DNA of 64,000 nt from Balanoglossus misakiensis (Eukaryota > Animalia > Hemichordata). Under the pieces are notes generated by a model. The model did not search any database and was not told where the DNA came from. It worked only from the letters and a program-made list of their open reading frames with translations. How positions within the stretch are numbered: the first letter of the stretch is position 1; the number at the start of each line of letters is the position of its first letter. Location: the NCBI GenBank assembly GCA_040954595.2, contig CM082592.2, positions 3,116,735-3,180,734 on the forward strand, written 5' to 3'. Shown here one piece after another: positions 1 to 13,044 of the stretch. Both the position numbers and the translations under genes were made by a program.

Positions 1-256
1 GCGTCTATGTTGGAAAGATAGTTTGTATGCCATCAATTACAAACACTCACTATGAAATATACATTCATTTATTTTTCATTGCATCTAACCAAATAGAAAA
101 ATGACATGTCTCACATGTTCTAACCACTCCCTCGTGTTGTTTGGTGTCTACTACTAATTTAGCTTATTGACAAATTTAGAACTGTTCATTATTTGTAGCT
201 CTGGCAATGGGCAATTAGCCTATACGTGCTTACCAATAAAGAATTGGTGTGTTTAC

Positions 257-3200
257 CTTAACTTCCTGCAAAACGCCCTTCCAATCACAGCCTTTTGTGT
301 AGTTGCAACACTTGACTGGCAGATTTCCAATCTCCTTCCCAAAAGGAGTATCTACGTAGACCTGAATGTGACAAGAATCGATTCAAAGCAATTGGCCGAA
401 TAGAACGCAATGTATAACGATACAGCATATAACGTACAATTCAATAAATTGGGCTGAAACTTGATTTGAAACACTAAATACACACAGTCATAAACAAAGT
501 ACACATTGTGAAGATTCAAACGGTCGGCCTACAGAGATATTGCTCCACGTTCTCAAACACTTTAAGAACAACGCATCGGTTACTCACTCTGTCTCGGGAT
601 ACAGGAGTCTGATCAATCGGACAACGGGGAGATACTCTGTAAAACAAGATAAAACATACACAATGTCAGTTATGCGTATTTTCTTTCAAGGGGAAGCAAT
701 ATCCGGAAAAGTTTTAAAGAGAACATCCCTTGAGACCATAGCCAACGGACCGGACAACTTCCCCTTTACAAAACTGTTTACTGGAATGTGGTTTTGGCTG
801 CGTACCATTAAAGTCATCTATATCTTTCTGTATTTTGAATACCCATTACAATATCCAAAACCCTTTTAAGTATTTCTCATTTTTTTTTGATATCCCAAGG
901 CAATGAAAGACATTTATTGTCGTGGTAACCAAAGTTTATTCCTTGTCCACTCTACGCTCCCCGTTTTCTCAGAATTCCATTTTACCCAAACCACAATGAT
1001 TTAGTCTTCCCATCGCTGGTGTTCAGTCCACTACAAGTTCCCGGAGGATTTCTATCGCGCATTAAATTTGGTTGAGAAACTTGGTACATGACAAAAATAT
1101 TCTTATCACATACTATTACAAGACTGTTTATATATGCATAATTTGTGAAATAGATTGTACGTTAACTTCGAGATCTCACGAGACTTGGCTAATTACCGTG
1201 CAAAAGTTGCTGAAAAACTCTCGTCGTCCGTGTTCGAGTCGAGTCTCCTACCCCTTTCTGTTCACGTCTCTCTCAACAGGCACTACTTCAACTGCGCAAT
1301 TGGGATGGGGGCGCCTCTTTGTCTACTAAATTGTGACGTTGTTACAATTTTAGAGATAACGCGTTGTTGGCATCAAAGAAATACGTGTGTTTCTAGTTTG
1401 GCGGTTGTTGCAGCTATTTTGAATTTTGTGGTAATGGGTGCAGACTGAGTTTAAAAAACATTGTAACGTATGTGCCGTTTAACACGATGGGCCATGAGTT
1501 GTTTGTCCTGTGTCAAGTCAGAGAATGTTCTCCAATAGAAACTGCCGAGTTACAACGTTTATTAAATCATTGCCGTTGAAATACGGTATTTCTGGTTTTA
1601 TATGTCAAAATTACAATGGCCAGTAAACATAGAGTATCCGGAAGATGGGGCTTGACGAACTCCTATTTGTTACAACCGGTGTATGAAACCAACTTTAATA
1701 CATACGATTGATACTTTGACAAACATCTTCGCCCACAGTGCATTGCCTGGGCCGAAATTAAATTCCATCAATACTTTAGACGAATAATTCAAATATCCAG
1801 AGTCACTTTTCAAATGATACGGGACTAAAATGTCATAATCGACATAAAATATGCTGTGAAAACAATCACGTGACAGACATTTAATTCTTATTTGTAGTTT
1901 GGTCCGAATGTTAATGGATTACGTCATACCGACTACGGGCAGTTTACACTGCTTTGTATGTAGAACAAGGTATTGAATTGCTACGTAAGTTGCCTCGTGT
2001 ACACACTCGTGTCGCGTCGCCCGTTCCTGTGCGCGTCCAGTTGCTAACCGACTTGCCTCGTATAATTAGCCCTATATGATGTCGCTTTCATTGAGAGCAT
2101 CCGCCCTTCAGTATCGTATTTCTGTTTTCCTATATTACCTCCGAGTTTTGGTAATTCCATTTTTGCTGCTGGTAATTAGATCATCATTAATTTATGTGGA
2201 GGAAAAACAAGCCTTTTGATGCATAACAGGGGGAGAATACCAAACAGATTATTTGAAATGGTCAGCGTCATTTATGGTCACCAAACACGAGTGATCTATA
2301 ATTTAATTATGAAGGGGCGATTTCTCAATGTTTCAAAAAACATGATATAAGCAAACACAGAAACGACTGGTACACAAAAACTCGGGGAAATATAGTACAG
2401 ATCCCTGTCATGTATGACGAGATTTCCCATGTGGGCATTTCACGTGACTCGGCAATTACACTAATGAAAAAGTGTTCATGCATTGAAAAGTAATAATTGC
2501 TTTCAAATGATGGTTCCATACCCAATTCCGTTATTTTATTTAGTAAACCATGGCAACAGGTTGAAAAGCGAGACTTGTTGTTGAAAACTCCGTTACTGGG
2601 TTATAGAATTGTCAGTGGTACATTTAACATATTCGTTTAAAACTCATCACACGTTGCTTGTTTAGTTAACTAAATCGTTTGTTTTAATATATGATACAAA
2701 TTTCGTGTATTGTTCTTCTCGGTCATTTTAAACGCTTTGGATAAGAATGGGGGATTAAAAACAATATTGAAAACATTTTTGTCAATGCGACATTTGGGTT
2801 ATAGCGGTATCATAAAAGTAGCCACGTTTCACTATGCAATCCAAGCTATGGTCAAAGAGGAAGCAATGAGGAACACGAGCTCATCTATTTTGGGCTACGC
2901 TCATTTACTTTTTGCTGACTCACGTGTGGTATTAAACTGCAACATTTCTCTCATGTTTCTGCCATATAACCTGTATTGGTGGGCAAGTAGCCATACATAC
3001 ATAAGAAATACTGCAATTTCGTTTGATCTCTAACATTTTTTGCCATTCACGACTCAGTCAAAAATAAATGAGCGTACACCAAAATATACGAGAGAGTGTT
3101 AAGGATTATCGATTCTGTAAAACGTTAAGATCAATCATTCGCAATTCCTTGTTCACACGCATAAGCAGAGAATATTTATTTCGCCTTCTAAGCGTATTTA

Positions 3201-3772
3201 CGCCAACATTAGAACGGGTCATAGAATAAGCTTCCCCATAAAACTTAGATTCACTGAAACTGCACGAAACGTCCAAGATCATACCGTATTCCTGATTATC
3301 AGAGACCTTGGCTCAGATAAGCTGTTAATCAATTATATATTCAAACGGGAACTTTAATGTCTACATTCGTAGGTTTTTAAAAGTCGTCCCGATCTCCAAC
3401 TGCTTGAGAAGCCCTTGGTTCCGGTGCAATGTTGATGACAATACAGGGTATACATCTTAAGCTGACTGGTTCATACAAGTAGTTTTGTCTGACTCACCGT
3501 AATAGGTCGGGCAAGCATGATGAACACACGCGGTGGCCACAGTCTTCAAACTGAACTGGATATCTCAAAACCTGACAGCAGGCGGCACATTCGTATTTCT
3601 TATCCACGTTGCCTTCAAAACAGATCTCAAAATCACCCATTTTCGAATTACTCATGGAGGAACTACTACTTGTGGATGCCATCGAAATGCGAGAAGTGGC
3701 CGATCCCCGACGGGACGAACTGCTGCCACTGCTGGACATCGACATCGTGTCGAGATTATCTGGCTCCGGCAT
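257..3772 (-). CDS. TNF receptor-associated factor (TRAF4/TRAF6-like, RING + first zinc finger), 5' part; gene continues beyond the window start
   Basis: Exons 3772-3498, 636-588 and 361-257 have GT-AG boundaries and compatible phases. Spliced product: MPEPDNLDTM(Ser-rich)...KKYECAACCQVLRYPVQFEDCGHRVCSSCLPDLLR|VSPRCPIDQTPVSRDR|VYVDTPFGKEIGNLPVKCCNYTKGCDWKGVLQEVK. This is a C3HC3D RING ending in CPID followed by the TRAF-typical 'EI..L.V.C.....GC.W.G.L' segment. Confidence 0.9.
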
Positions 3773-5478
3773 TTTCTTCGACTTGATGACGGTATAGATT
3801 AGGTGTTTCTGGGAATATTGAAGGCGCGCGCTGGAGAGCGTAATGCTACGGTGGAGACCCGCGTTGAAAAACCAACTGGGACAGTGGAGACGAAATAGCA
3901 ATGCGTCACAGCTTCGTCGGAAGTTTGGCGCACTGTGCTGGGAAGGCGATTCTAATATTGATTAGAGTGCCCTTAATCCCTTCTTTTAATCAGACAAACA
4001 ATTATTCCTTCGTTTCCTTGGCAACAAAACCATCAGTCGATGAAAAAGACAACAGTACGAACAAGATGTATTGTCTATATGAATACATATTTAATGAGGT
4101 CGATTCTTTCAATCCACCTTATTGATCTCACGCATTTATTAATGTGTAAATGTGTACAGTAGACATTCGGAAGTCTGAAAGTTGTATTGCAGATGGACAA
4201 TTTGTGAGTCGTTGAATGTTTAATGTATTTGATATTAAATATTGTCAGTCGCAACCGATGTCCAACTCCCACATCCCAAGTCTTCGGCCAAGTGTGCAAG
4301 ATCGCGTGACCAGTTAGGGTTGAATACTACAGCACTGTTTTGATGGTAGAAATACCCGCTGTAGCCACAGTGTAAATCGTGATAGCCGTAGGACGTTCCG
4401 TAGTCGAGTCTCGCTTGCCAGATCTCCAAACCAGTCGTCTTTCATATCCAGCAATCGGGTGGCCAATCCGCGAGGCTGGATATTCACAGCCTCGTACTCC
4501 GCTGTACTAAACACTTACTATGTATTCCACACTGATTCAACGGCAATTTCTTGAACGAGGATGTTAATATCTGATCGCCCACAACAATGATTCACCTGTA
4601 ATATAGACGTGTGAATCGAATAGTAGTTCAAGGTTTATAGAATTTCGCATATGCGAAGGACGGTTGAAACAAAGATATTCACATCTTCTAAACACACGCC
4701 AAATGTATCCTTACAATGTAGCATACGGTTCGGTTTGCAGAGGTGTCTGGTTTACTAATACATTCATGTATTCACTTAGTGTTCGGTATAGACAGGTTTC
4801 CAGATTACACAGGGTTCTGTTCAGACAGTTTTTACTGAACAAATGATGTATTTGTCAGACGCACATTTCATCCACAACGGTCTAGCAGCGTTAGAAATAT
4901 ATCAAAGACTACAAAAGCTCAGTATATAAGATTGAAGTTTATTGACAAACTGTGTAAAGTGTCGTTATAGTAGCCCGTGCAATAAAAACGGTTTAACAAT
5001 GCTTCGAGTAAATAACTAAAGACATATACATTTCAAAATATGCCGGATGGATTTTTATCACATAACTAATGTCAGTAATTATTTGCTAATAGGCCTATGC
5101 CAAACGCGATTAACTTTCCATTCTAATACCTCAATGTCGTGAATCAGCCCTGTCAACTGGTATGATTTCTAGTCAGATTCTACGAATAAGTAACGACTAG
5201 TCATTGCTGTATAGACGACAATGTAAAAATTACGGCAGAATTGAAAATATATGCTTTCAAGGGTAAGTCTTTCGACAGCGGTTGTGAATTTTTAATCCCG
5301 GGAACCTTATAAACGAATAGCAGTAAAATTGATACAAGAAACTTCTGCAGTATCCCAGCTTTACAAAACACATTGTAGAATTTAGGAGTAAGACGCTCTA
5401 TATTCTTCAGAAAATACTTATAAAATGACGGTTCCTCGTCGGATGTCCGTAACTAGTAAATGTCACATTCCCGTGGTT

Positions 5479-6440
5479 CTATTCACATGCGTAGACCTCC
5501 ACTCTCATTGAAATGTGGCCCTCCCACGTCAGGGGATAGAATCGGACATACTGAGTGGTGAACGAGTTTTCGACCAAGTTGTGGTAGACTACCGTGTTCC
5601 TGTCAGAATTCCCTTGGAAAGTCTGGAAAGTGAAAAGAACACTCGTTTTAAGAGATTTCGCAATTCTTCAGGGAAACATCTTTGATGTGATTGGTCATCT
5701 TTCCCTAAATGACCTCGCTTTGAGTTCAAATTCATGATGGATGCATGGGGGCGCTAGACTTATGAAAGGGGTTCGTGCGTTTATAAAATTACGAGAAAGG
5801 AACAAAGACTGCATGTATGGATAAGAGAGACGGTAGAAAGGGGTTTTCACAAATCAATAAAATTACCATCTTTGGAATATTGTGAAATCTGCGATCTTGT
5901 ACAGTTTAGAAATCAGCAGCTACTTTGTGGTGACATGTTTTCGATTATGCGAGAAGTGGGTTTTGTGTCACTTAAGTTGTAACAGAGAAAAATTGAAGAC
6001 GTATTTCCCTAGCAATGTCATATTAAATGGTGTGACGACTCTAACACTTACCATGGGCGAGTGGTTTTCGTCTGCAACATATTTCCATTCATCGCCGTCG
6101 TAGTATTTTAAATGAAACGTCTCCACCCATTGGTCACAGCAGTTAGAACGTCCCTACAATACCATATAGACATTCATGTGTTATGGTTATATGTAGCGTG
6201 GGATTCATCAAATGTGAGGTCAAATGAGAACATCACGAATGGCTTCTATCATGACACTTCAATGGCCACCTTGTGCCTTTGAAGTTTGTGTGTTGACATG
6301 TGAACAATGAGGGCGCCAGTCATTAGATGCTGCCACTCTTAGAAAATTCCTCTCCGTAAAAGCCCGCGTAAAAAATTCCAGCAGTCGCCTTTTTCATTCC
6401 TAACCTTGCCCATATAAAGATGTTCCCCTCTACCTACATG

Positions 6441-6498
<58 letters not shown>

Positions 6499-6682
6499 GA
6501 GAGAGGGGGGCTGACAGACAGAGGGAGAGGGGAGCAAAAGAAAGAGATAGAGAGAGGAGGAACGAGCAGAGAGGAAGAGGGAGAAGGAGAGCGAGAGAGA
6601 GTGGGGAGAAAGAGAGAGAGGTAGGGCAAGAGGAATGGAGAAGGGAGAGAGAGGGAAGGGGGAGAGAGGGGGGAGAGGATGA

Positions 6683-6731
<49 letters not shown>

Positions 6732-9621
6732 GGTAGATTTTTAAATAGACCCCATGCCCGTCACTGTTCTGTTACGGCAATGACTCACCTGGGTCGCCAC
6801 TCTTGTTACTAGTCTCTCGTAACCGAGATCAACTTGCAGCCACTGTCCGGCGATATTCTGCAAGGCACACCAAGCATGCGACCCGGGTCCCACGTAGTTC
6901 AGTCTCCCTTGGTGGGGCATGTGGTCGTAACGCCAGTGGCTACTGGCCGTTATCTGCGAGTCCGGTATGTCGCCACTCTCTAAGCCAACAGCGGAGACTG
7001 CGCACAACAATTCATCTGCTGGAGAACCTACAATGTTCAGGATGTACGTTCAGTATAATTGAAAGTATTGTCATTTCTTTTAATTGTATATTTTTGGATT
7101 ATCCTGTGTACGTACATGTATAATAAAAATATGTGATAAAATACAGGGGTCACCGCGCTTGTTTGTGAAATACAGAGCCATGAATTTAGTCGATAATAGA
7201 AGGAAACTGCTGACTCAGCATTTTTCACCAATGGTTTGTCTATGGGCAAAATTTTTAACACAATTTATCTCAAAATAGAGCGTGGTGACCCCTTTATTTT
7301 ATTTGACCAACGAATTTATCTTTACTGGACTGAGCTATGTGTAAAATTTCGTGAAAATGACAATAGTAGATCGAAGTTTTTTTCTAGCCATTATCAACGA
7401 AATCCTATAGGGAAAAGACACTTTTTTGAGTTATACACTTACGTGGTTCTTTTTCGCAGATGAACCCCATGAGAATGTCGCAGTTGACATCGTTCCATTT
7501 CGCATGATATTTATCGCTGAAATGCAAGCAATGTTCGACATTGTCAACGTTGTTTGGTTCGCCGATTTTCCAATTAGTGTATGTCATCTGCCAAAGAATT
7601 GAGAGAGTTTGTTTGATTGTTTGTTTGTTGGTTGGTTGGTTGGTTGGTTGGTTTGGATTGTCCGTCTGTATTTCTGTCCGTCTATCTATATGTCTGTCTG
7701 TATGTCTGTGTTTGACGGCTGGAGTGAGCATGTGTGCACGGTCGCGATCGTATATACAGAGGAAAAGGACTTTTCCTGTGTCATCCGCATAGGCCGACGC
7801 CGTGTAAACGAACAATCGTCACGCATCTGTGCATGTGTGCAATATTTCCAGCGCCTTACAAACACGTGCGTAGATTGACGTCTTTCAAGGAGACATTGCT
7901 ATTGCTAATTAAAAATGCACCAATATGTGAATTGCTTTGCAATGAAATTCTTAACAGTTTTGTTTATTTGTTAACATCTGGAATCAAGGAACCTACGGTG
8001 TTGTGTGCGCACGACACACCCGGATGTGTTGCTGTAGATTTCTTTACATGGCATTGCACTCTCTGTACAATTTTATTTGCATTGTTGTAAAAATACGAAA
8101 ATGGTGGTGTACATTTTGACCTTTAACCTCGCCGACTTGAAGAGACAAGAGGAAAATAAACCATTTCAAAACGACTGAGATGGGATGGGTGCTTTTTCCA
8201 AACTATTCAAACATGTCCGCGTAATTTCTTATAGATAATCACGTCTACATTATCATGGATCTTGTACGGCCCCAAATAATATTAACACAAGGACTCACCG
8301 GGGTATTGTCTTCCCACATCCAGGTTCCTTCATTTTCACGATCGTTTGCACCCAGCCACATGTTAACTTTGTCTTCTGTATACCCTGCGATAAAAGAGAT
8401 TGATTTCGAAAAGTTGAATTTTCCCCGATAAATGTACGTAAATTATGAGTCTCGTTGTAATTTAATGGCCAAGCTCTTTTGGCAGAGAAAAATGTATGAT
8501 TAACACATGATTTTGCTTTATACGTTCTGAATAATTTTCTTTTGTACGATTCAGATAAAATCTGACCAAAACAATGTTGTTCATCTGACATGGTCACCGA
8601 CCTTTCAAATACAAATCCTCTTCGACGTTGTTTATCTTCGCCAATGCACCTCCCATTGCCATGCACAGCGTCCTTGCTTCATCGTAGGTATACAGCGGAA
8701 ACTGGTACGCGTAGTAGCATTTGTCCTTAAAACTGTCCCAACCGGACTCGCAACCTGTAACACGCACAAAAGTCAAAGAACGGAAAAAAAGCAGGTTAAT
8801 TTTTAAACCATACTATAGGTTCTAAAAGACGTTGGATGAAAATATAAAAGTCAGTCTACCAAATTGGGCTAATCAAATTTCAGATTTGCTAATAAAATAC
8901 ATCTCACAACAATTGGCAATGGTTATCTTGTTCTTGTAATATTGAGTCGTTAATGTTTGCACGCACGCCAGGCTGTCCGGCACGATTGTCGGTATATACA
9001 CACATAGACTCTCTCACTTCCCACGGTTCGCTACAAGGCTCTTCACTGATGCGCCCTCAACTGTTTAGCAAAGGAGAAGCCCCATATGGTGTTGTGTAGC
9101 GCCGGGCACACATACAATCAGTCCATAAGCCTGCATGGACGACGAGAGGGGCTGTGAGAGAGTCTAATACACACAATGAAATGAGCGCTGACAGCCGACT
9201 GTTGCGTCCGGGGTGGAATATGGACAGTCGGACTGCGTTGTCGATCAACTGCACCCAGTAGTTTATAGTGTTCCGTTTACCGCCAAAACTGGGTTAAAGA
9301 AATGTTGATGGTAAAAAGGTCGACCGACCTCTTCCAGTTGGTTCAATAGTAGCTAAGATGTTAATACTATACTCCACCCCCTGGAACATACGACTCAACT
9401 CGATCGCCAAACCACAGTGACAAATATTGACCAAGTCGGAATGTCTTGTTGTAGCACCTCAGAATCGATATACAATTTACCAAATCTCGTGCCAATTTCT
9501 GTGCGTATTACGAGAGTAACAGAGTATGCTTACCTGACTGGCTACGGTTGGCGTCACATTTCATACCAGTTGAAATAATAACCAACAGTCCAAGCAAAAT
9601 AGAGGTCGATGCTTCTACCAT
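5479..9621 (-). CDS. Secreted C-type lectin domain + F5/8 type C (discoidin) protein, EPN-motif paralog (318 aa)
   Basis: Seven coding exons (9621-9534, 8754-8602, 8384-8299, 7587-7443, 7027-6789, 6153-6052, 5622-5479; 957 nt), all GT-AG and in frame. Signal peptide MVEASTSILLGLLVIISTG. CTLD: CESGW...KCY...WLGAND...W.W...YTNWKIGEPNN...HC...WNDVNC...FICE. Discoidin: GLESGDIPDSQITASS...GRLN...QWLQVDLG...VATQG...FQGN...YVRFYPLTW...SMRVEVYAC. Confidence 0.92.
6444..6730. repeat. (GA)n / purine-rich simple repeat in lectin intron 5 (mirror CT-rich tract at ~16102-16357)
   Basis: Seen directly. Confidence 0.9.
7045..7420. mobile_element. Interspersed repeat fragment filling intron 4 of the EPN paralog
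   Basis: Homologous in reverse orientation to ~29115-29480 (shared blocks such as atagagcgtggtgacc / ggtcaccgcgctctat and tgtctatgggcaaaat / attttgcccatagaca). Confidence 0.75.
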
Positions 9622-10393
9622 CTTGTCGGAAAAGGGGCTATCTGAGAAAATATGAACATCCGTTTTTTTCGACAAAGGTTTTTTGACATGTTTATTGAAA
9701 ATGTACAGTCTTCAGTCTCATATCCATAAACCTCTCTCCCAAATCTGATTAAAATATGAGATAGGCGGCGTCATTATTATCCTTACTCGGTCTCTGCTGT
9801 TCGCGTTTTGTTCACCGTTGTTGACGCGGCTATACCTCTTCATATTGATCTATCATCCAGAATACTTTCAACACCCGCAAAATACTTTTTGACTTGCCTA
9901 ATTGAAATAATAACCAGCAGTGCAAGTATTTGGATACCACCAAACCATTGAAATGTACTTGGAAAAGAGAATATTCTCCGCATACATAATGAAAATTGTG
10001 TAGTTTGAGTAGAACGTGTAATAAAAGTTAAACTTACGACTAAATGAGAGTGCAGCCCGGAGTTACGTCGTTCCTTCTCTCGGAGTCACTTGAACAATTG
10101 CGGCGAGTACGAGGCCGCCTTATTTATGGTCTTCAAACAGGATACTGGATCCCGGATGTTACGAGAAAAAAACAGGACTTATATTGTTTATCATTATCAG
10201 GTTTCTCGGTACAAAAAAACGCGAGAAGAATTAATACAAAGTGTAAATTTAGTGAGAGCTGTTGGTATCGAAGGATTAAACACTCGTATAACAGCTGGAT
10301 TAGGGAAATGATTGTGGTGTATTTTGATTACACGTTTTATCATGATTGTTTTAACTCTTAGTTTATCACGTGGCTGTAAGTAAGTCGCAAACA

Positions 10394-10845
10394 TCAATCA
10401 ATCAATCAATCAAAACAAACATTTATAAAGCGCCAGAATCAATAACAATGTTATTTCCAAAGGCGCTGAAAGTATAACATCAGTGTTCGTAGGCTTTGAG
10501 AAATAGAAATGTCTTACTAGAAGCCTGTTGAATGTCAGATGGCAGAGAATTCCAAAGTTGTGGCGCGACAACGGAAAAGGCACGTCCACCATATGTTTTG
10601 AGTCTGTACTTTGGTACACACAACTGGTTCCTTGAGCTGGAGCGCAGAGCACGACTAGGCTTATATGGCTTGATCAGATCCTGAATGTAGACTGGGGCAA
10701 GACGGTTGAGAGCCTTGTACGTTAGTAGTAGAATTTTGTAGTCGAGTCTGTGTCGAACTGGCAACCAAAGGAGACTATGAAGAACTGGTGATATGTGGTT
10801 TGATTTCCTCGTGCGGGTAACATGCGATATTCTTCTCTGAGTCAT
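10394..10845 (-). mobile_element. 5'-truncated L2/CR1-group LINE 3' end with (TTGA)n tail
   Basis: HISPVLHSLLWLPVRHRLDYKILLLTYKAL...LRSS...GGRAFSVVAPQLWNSLP is the typical L2/CR1-group ORF2 C-terminus, followed by a short 3' UTR and a tandem TTGA tail. A partial copy lies at 12076-12272. Confidence 0.85.
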
Positions 10846-10989
10846 GCCATTTCTGAGTTATGTTCAAATATTATGTATTTGGGGGGCAGTAACGTACTTT
10901 TTGTACCTAAGCCATTCCATCACAATGCAATAATACAATGTAACACAACTCAATAAAATGGTGTAAAGGCACCTTACCGTATATATTAG

Positions 10990-12076
10990 TCTTGCTCCAA
11001 GACTGTGTGATACTGAAAATGAAATGCGCGTCCGTTACGTATAGAACGTCCTGTGGACGCGACGCTAATCACACTGGCGGCGCGTCGTACGAACGAAAGT
11101 TCCATTCCTTATCGACAGCGACTGCCATAGAGTCTACTTATATATAAGAAACAATATTATGTCCCGACGAAGTGATTAGCGATCGCTAATATAACCAAAT
11201 CATTGCGTTTACTTGGAAAAGGTACAATTTCGAGGAAAATAATGCACAAAGTACATAGTTGGAGTGGAAAGTCAAGGTAGAACTCCGAAGTGAAATTCAA
11301 AATTACACATTCTATAAGACTCGAAGTTGAAAGCCGAATATACTTGAAGTTAGGTGTTTTTTCTCCTTCCTGCTTTCAGAGTCATTTGATAACGTCGTAG
11401 GGCTTGCCTTTTCATAGTACCCAAACCGGGCGTCTGATTTAACGATATCAGCTTGTTTATATTATTTCTAGGCAAAATAAATGATATGAAGGATCAAACG
11501 CCAGTATGAGAGCCACTTGGGTATCAAAACGCATCTCAGTGCTCAAGTATTTATCAAGTGGGTCTTCCTGGACCTGTTACTCCTTCCAGATTTTTTCAAC
11601 GAAATGTAAGTTCTGTTTCCTGTTGTTAAATATATACACCGGAAAGGATAGAACTTTTAATATCGTGGATTCGTGAACTTTGGACTGAATGGGTGACCTT
11701 CGTCGAGGGGCTGTTCCTTCACGCTCCACCGGTTTGTACTAAACTTTAGACTGTATGAATGACAGACAGTCTACGAAGTAAAAATGTACTCCTTTCTGCA
11801 AATGGTTGCTGTAACAGGGTGCCTCGCTTGAGGACATGAAGTGGCAGTTGCATTACTCAAAAAGTCCCCTAACCGCACGCAGTATGCAGAGATTCGATTT
11901 TTTTCCCGAGTGGTGTCTTTTCTAAGCTGTGTTCGCGTCTAAAATACGTTTTTGACAATATCGCCCATGAAGTTATGGGATCTAACGCGCTTTAGGTAAT
12001 CCAGTCTATAACAACACAAATCGATACTGTTATGTCTTGAATCCGTTGCTGAGATTCGATTGGCCAGACGATGACT
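10990..12076 (+). repeat. ~1.08 kb direct repeat, copy 1 (in the spacer between the inverted arms)
   Basis: tcttgctccaagactgtgtgatactg...ttggccagacgatgact recurs almost identically at 18575-19642, apart from a few small indels. Confidence 0.95.
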
Positions 12077-12537
12077 GTCGCGCCACAACTTTGGAATTCT
12101 CTGCCATCTGACATTCAACACGCTTCTAGTCTCAACATTTTCAAACAAAAACTCAAGACATTTCTATTTCTCAAAGCCTACGAACACTGATGTTATACTT
12201 TCAGCGCCTTTGGAAATAACATTGTTATTGATTCTGGCGCTTTATAAATGTTTGTTTTGATTGATTGATTGATGTTTGCGACTTACTTACAGCCACGTGA
12301 TAAACTAAGAGTTAAAACAATCATGATAAAACGTGTAATCAAAATGCACCACAATCATTTCCCTAATCCAGCTGTTATACGAGTGTTTAATCCTTCGATA
12401 CCAACAGCTCTCACGAAATTTACACTTTGTATTAATTCTTCTCGCGTTTTTCTTTACCGAGAAACCTGATAATGATAAACAATATAAGTCCTGTTTTTTT
12501 CTCGTAACATCCGGGATCCAGTATCCTGTTTGAAGAC

Positions 12538-12628
12538 CATAAATAAGGCGGCCTCGTACTCGCCGCAATTGTTCAAGTGACTCCGAGAGAAGGAACGACG
12601 TAACTCCGGGCTGCACTCTCATTTAGTC
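12538..12628 (+). promoter_or_regulatory. Putative TATA-like element and non-coding first exon of the QPD paralog (mirror copy at ~10038-10128 for the EPN paralog)
   Basis: CATAAATAAG at 12538, a GTAAGT donor at 12629, and a pyrimidine-rich acceptor (ttttctcag, 13024) 20 nt upstream of the ATG, which implies an upstream UTR exon. The transcription start is inferred only. Confidence 0.4.
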
Positions 12629-13044
12629 GTAAGTTTAACTTTTATTACACGTTCTACTCAAACTACACAATTTTCATTATGTATGCGGAGAATATTCTCT
12701 TTTCCAAGTACATTTCAATGGTTTGGTGGTATCCAAATACTTGCACTGCTGGTTATTATTTCAATTAGGCAAGTCAAAAAGTATTTTGCGGGTGTTGAAA
12801 GTATTCTGGATGATAGATCAATATGAAGAGGTATAGCCGCGTCAACAACGGTGAACAAAACGCGAACAGCAGAGACCGAGTAAGGATAATAATGACGCCG
12901 CCTATCTCATATTTTAATCAGATTTGGGAGAGAGGTTTATGGATATGAGACTGAAGACTGTACATTTTCAATAAACATGTCAAAAAACCTTTGTCGAAAA
13001 AAACGGATGTTCATATTTTCTCAGATAGCCCCTTTTCCGACAAG

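Larger units (their letters stand above)
4739..10570 (-). repeat. Left arm of ~6 kb inverted segmental duplication
   Basis: Reverse complement aligns to 12076-18577. Near-identical next to the centre, with more indels outward. Confidence 0.95.

Noticed and set aside
4235-4600. GC-richer, exon-like stretch upstream of the TRAF ATG
   Set aside because: An acceptor-like site exists, but all frames are interrupted and no family is recognisable. It may be UTR or a decayed exon.
6339-6812. ER-rich and LS-rich ORFs
   Set aside because: (GA)n tract inside lectin intron 5.
10044-10361. 105-aa ORF conserved in both arms (also 12305-12622)
   Set aside because: Conservation is explained by the recent duplication. 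No recognisable domain, and it is antisense to the putative lectin promoter/UTR.
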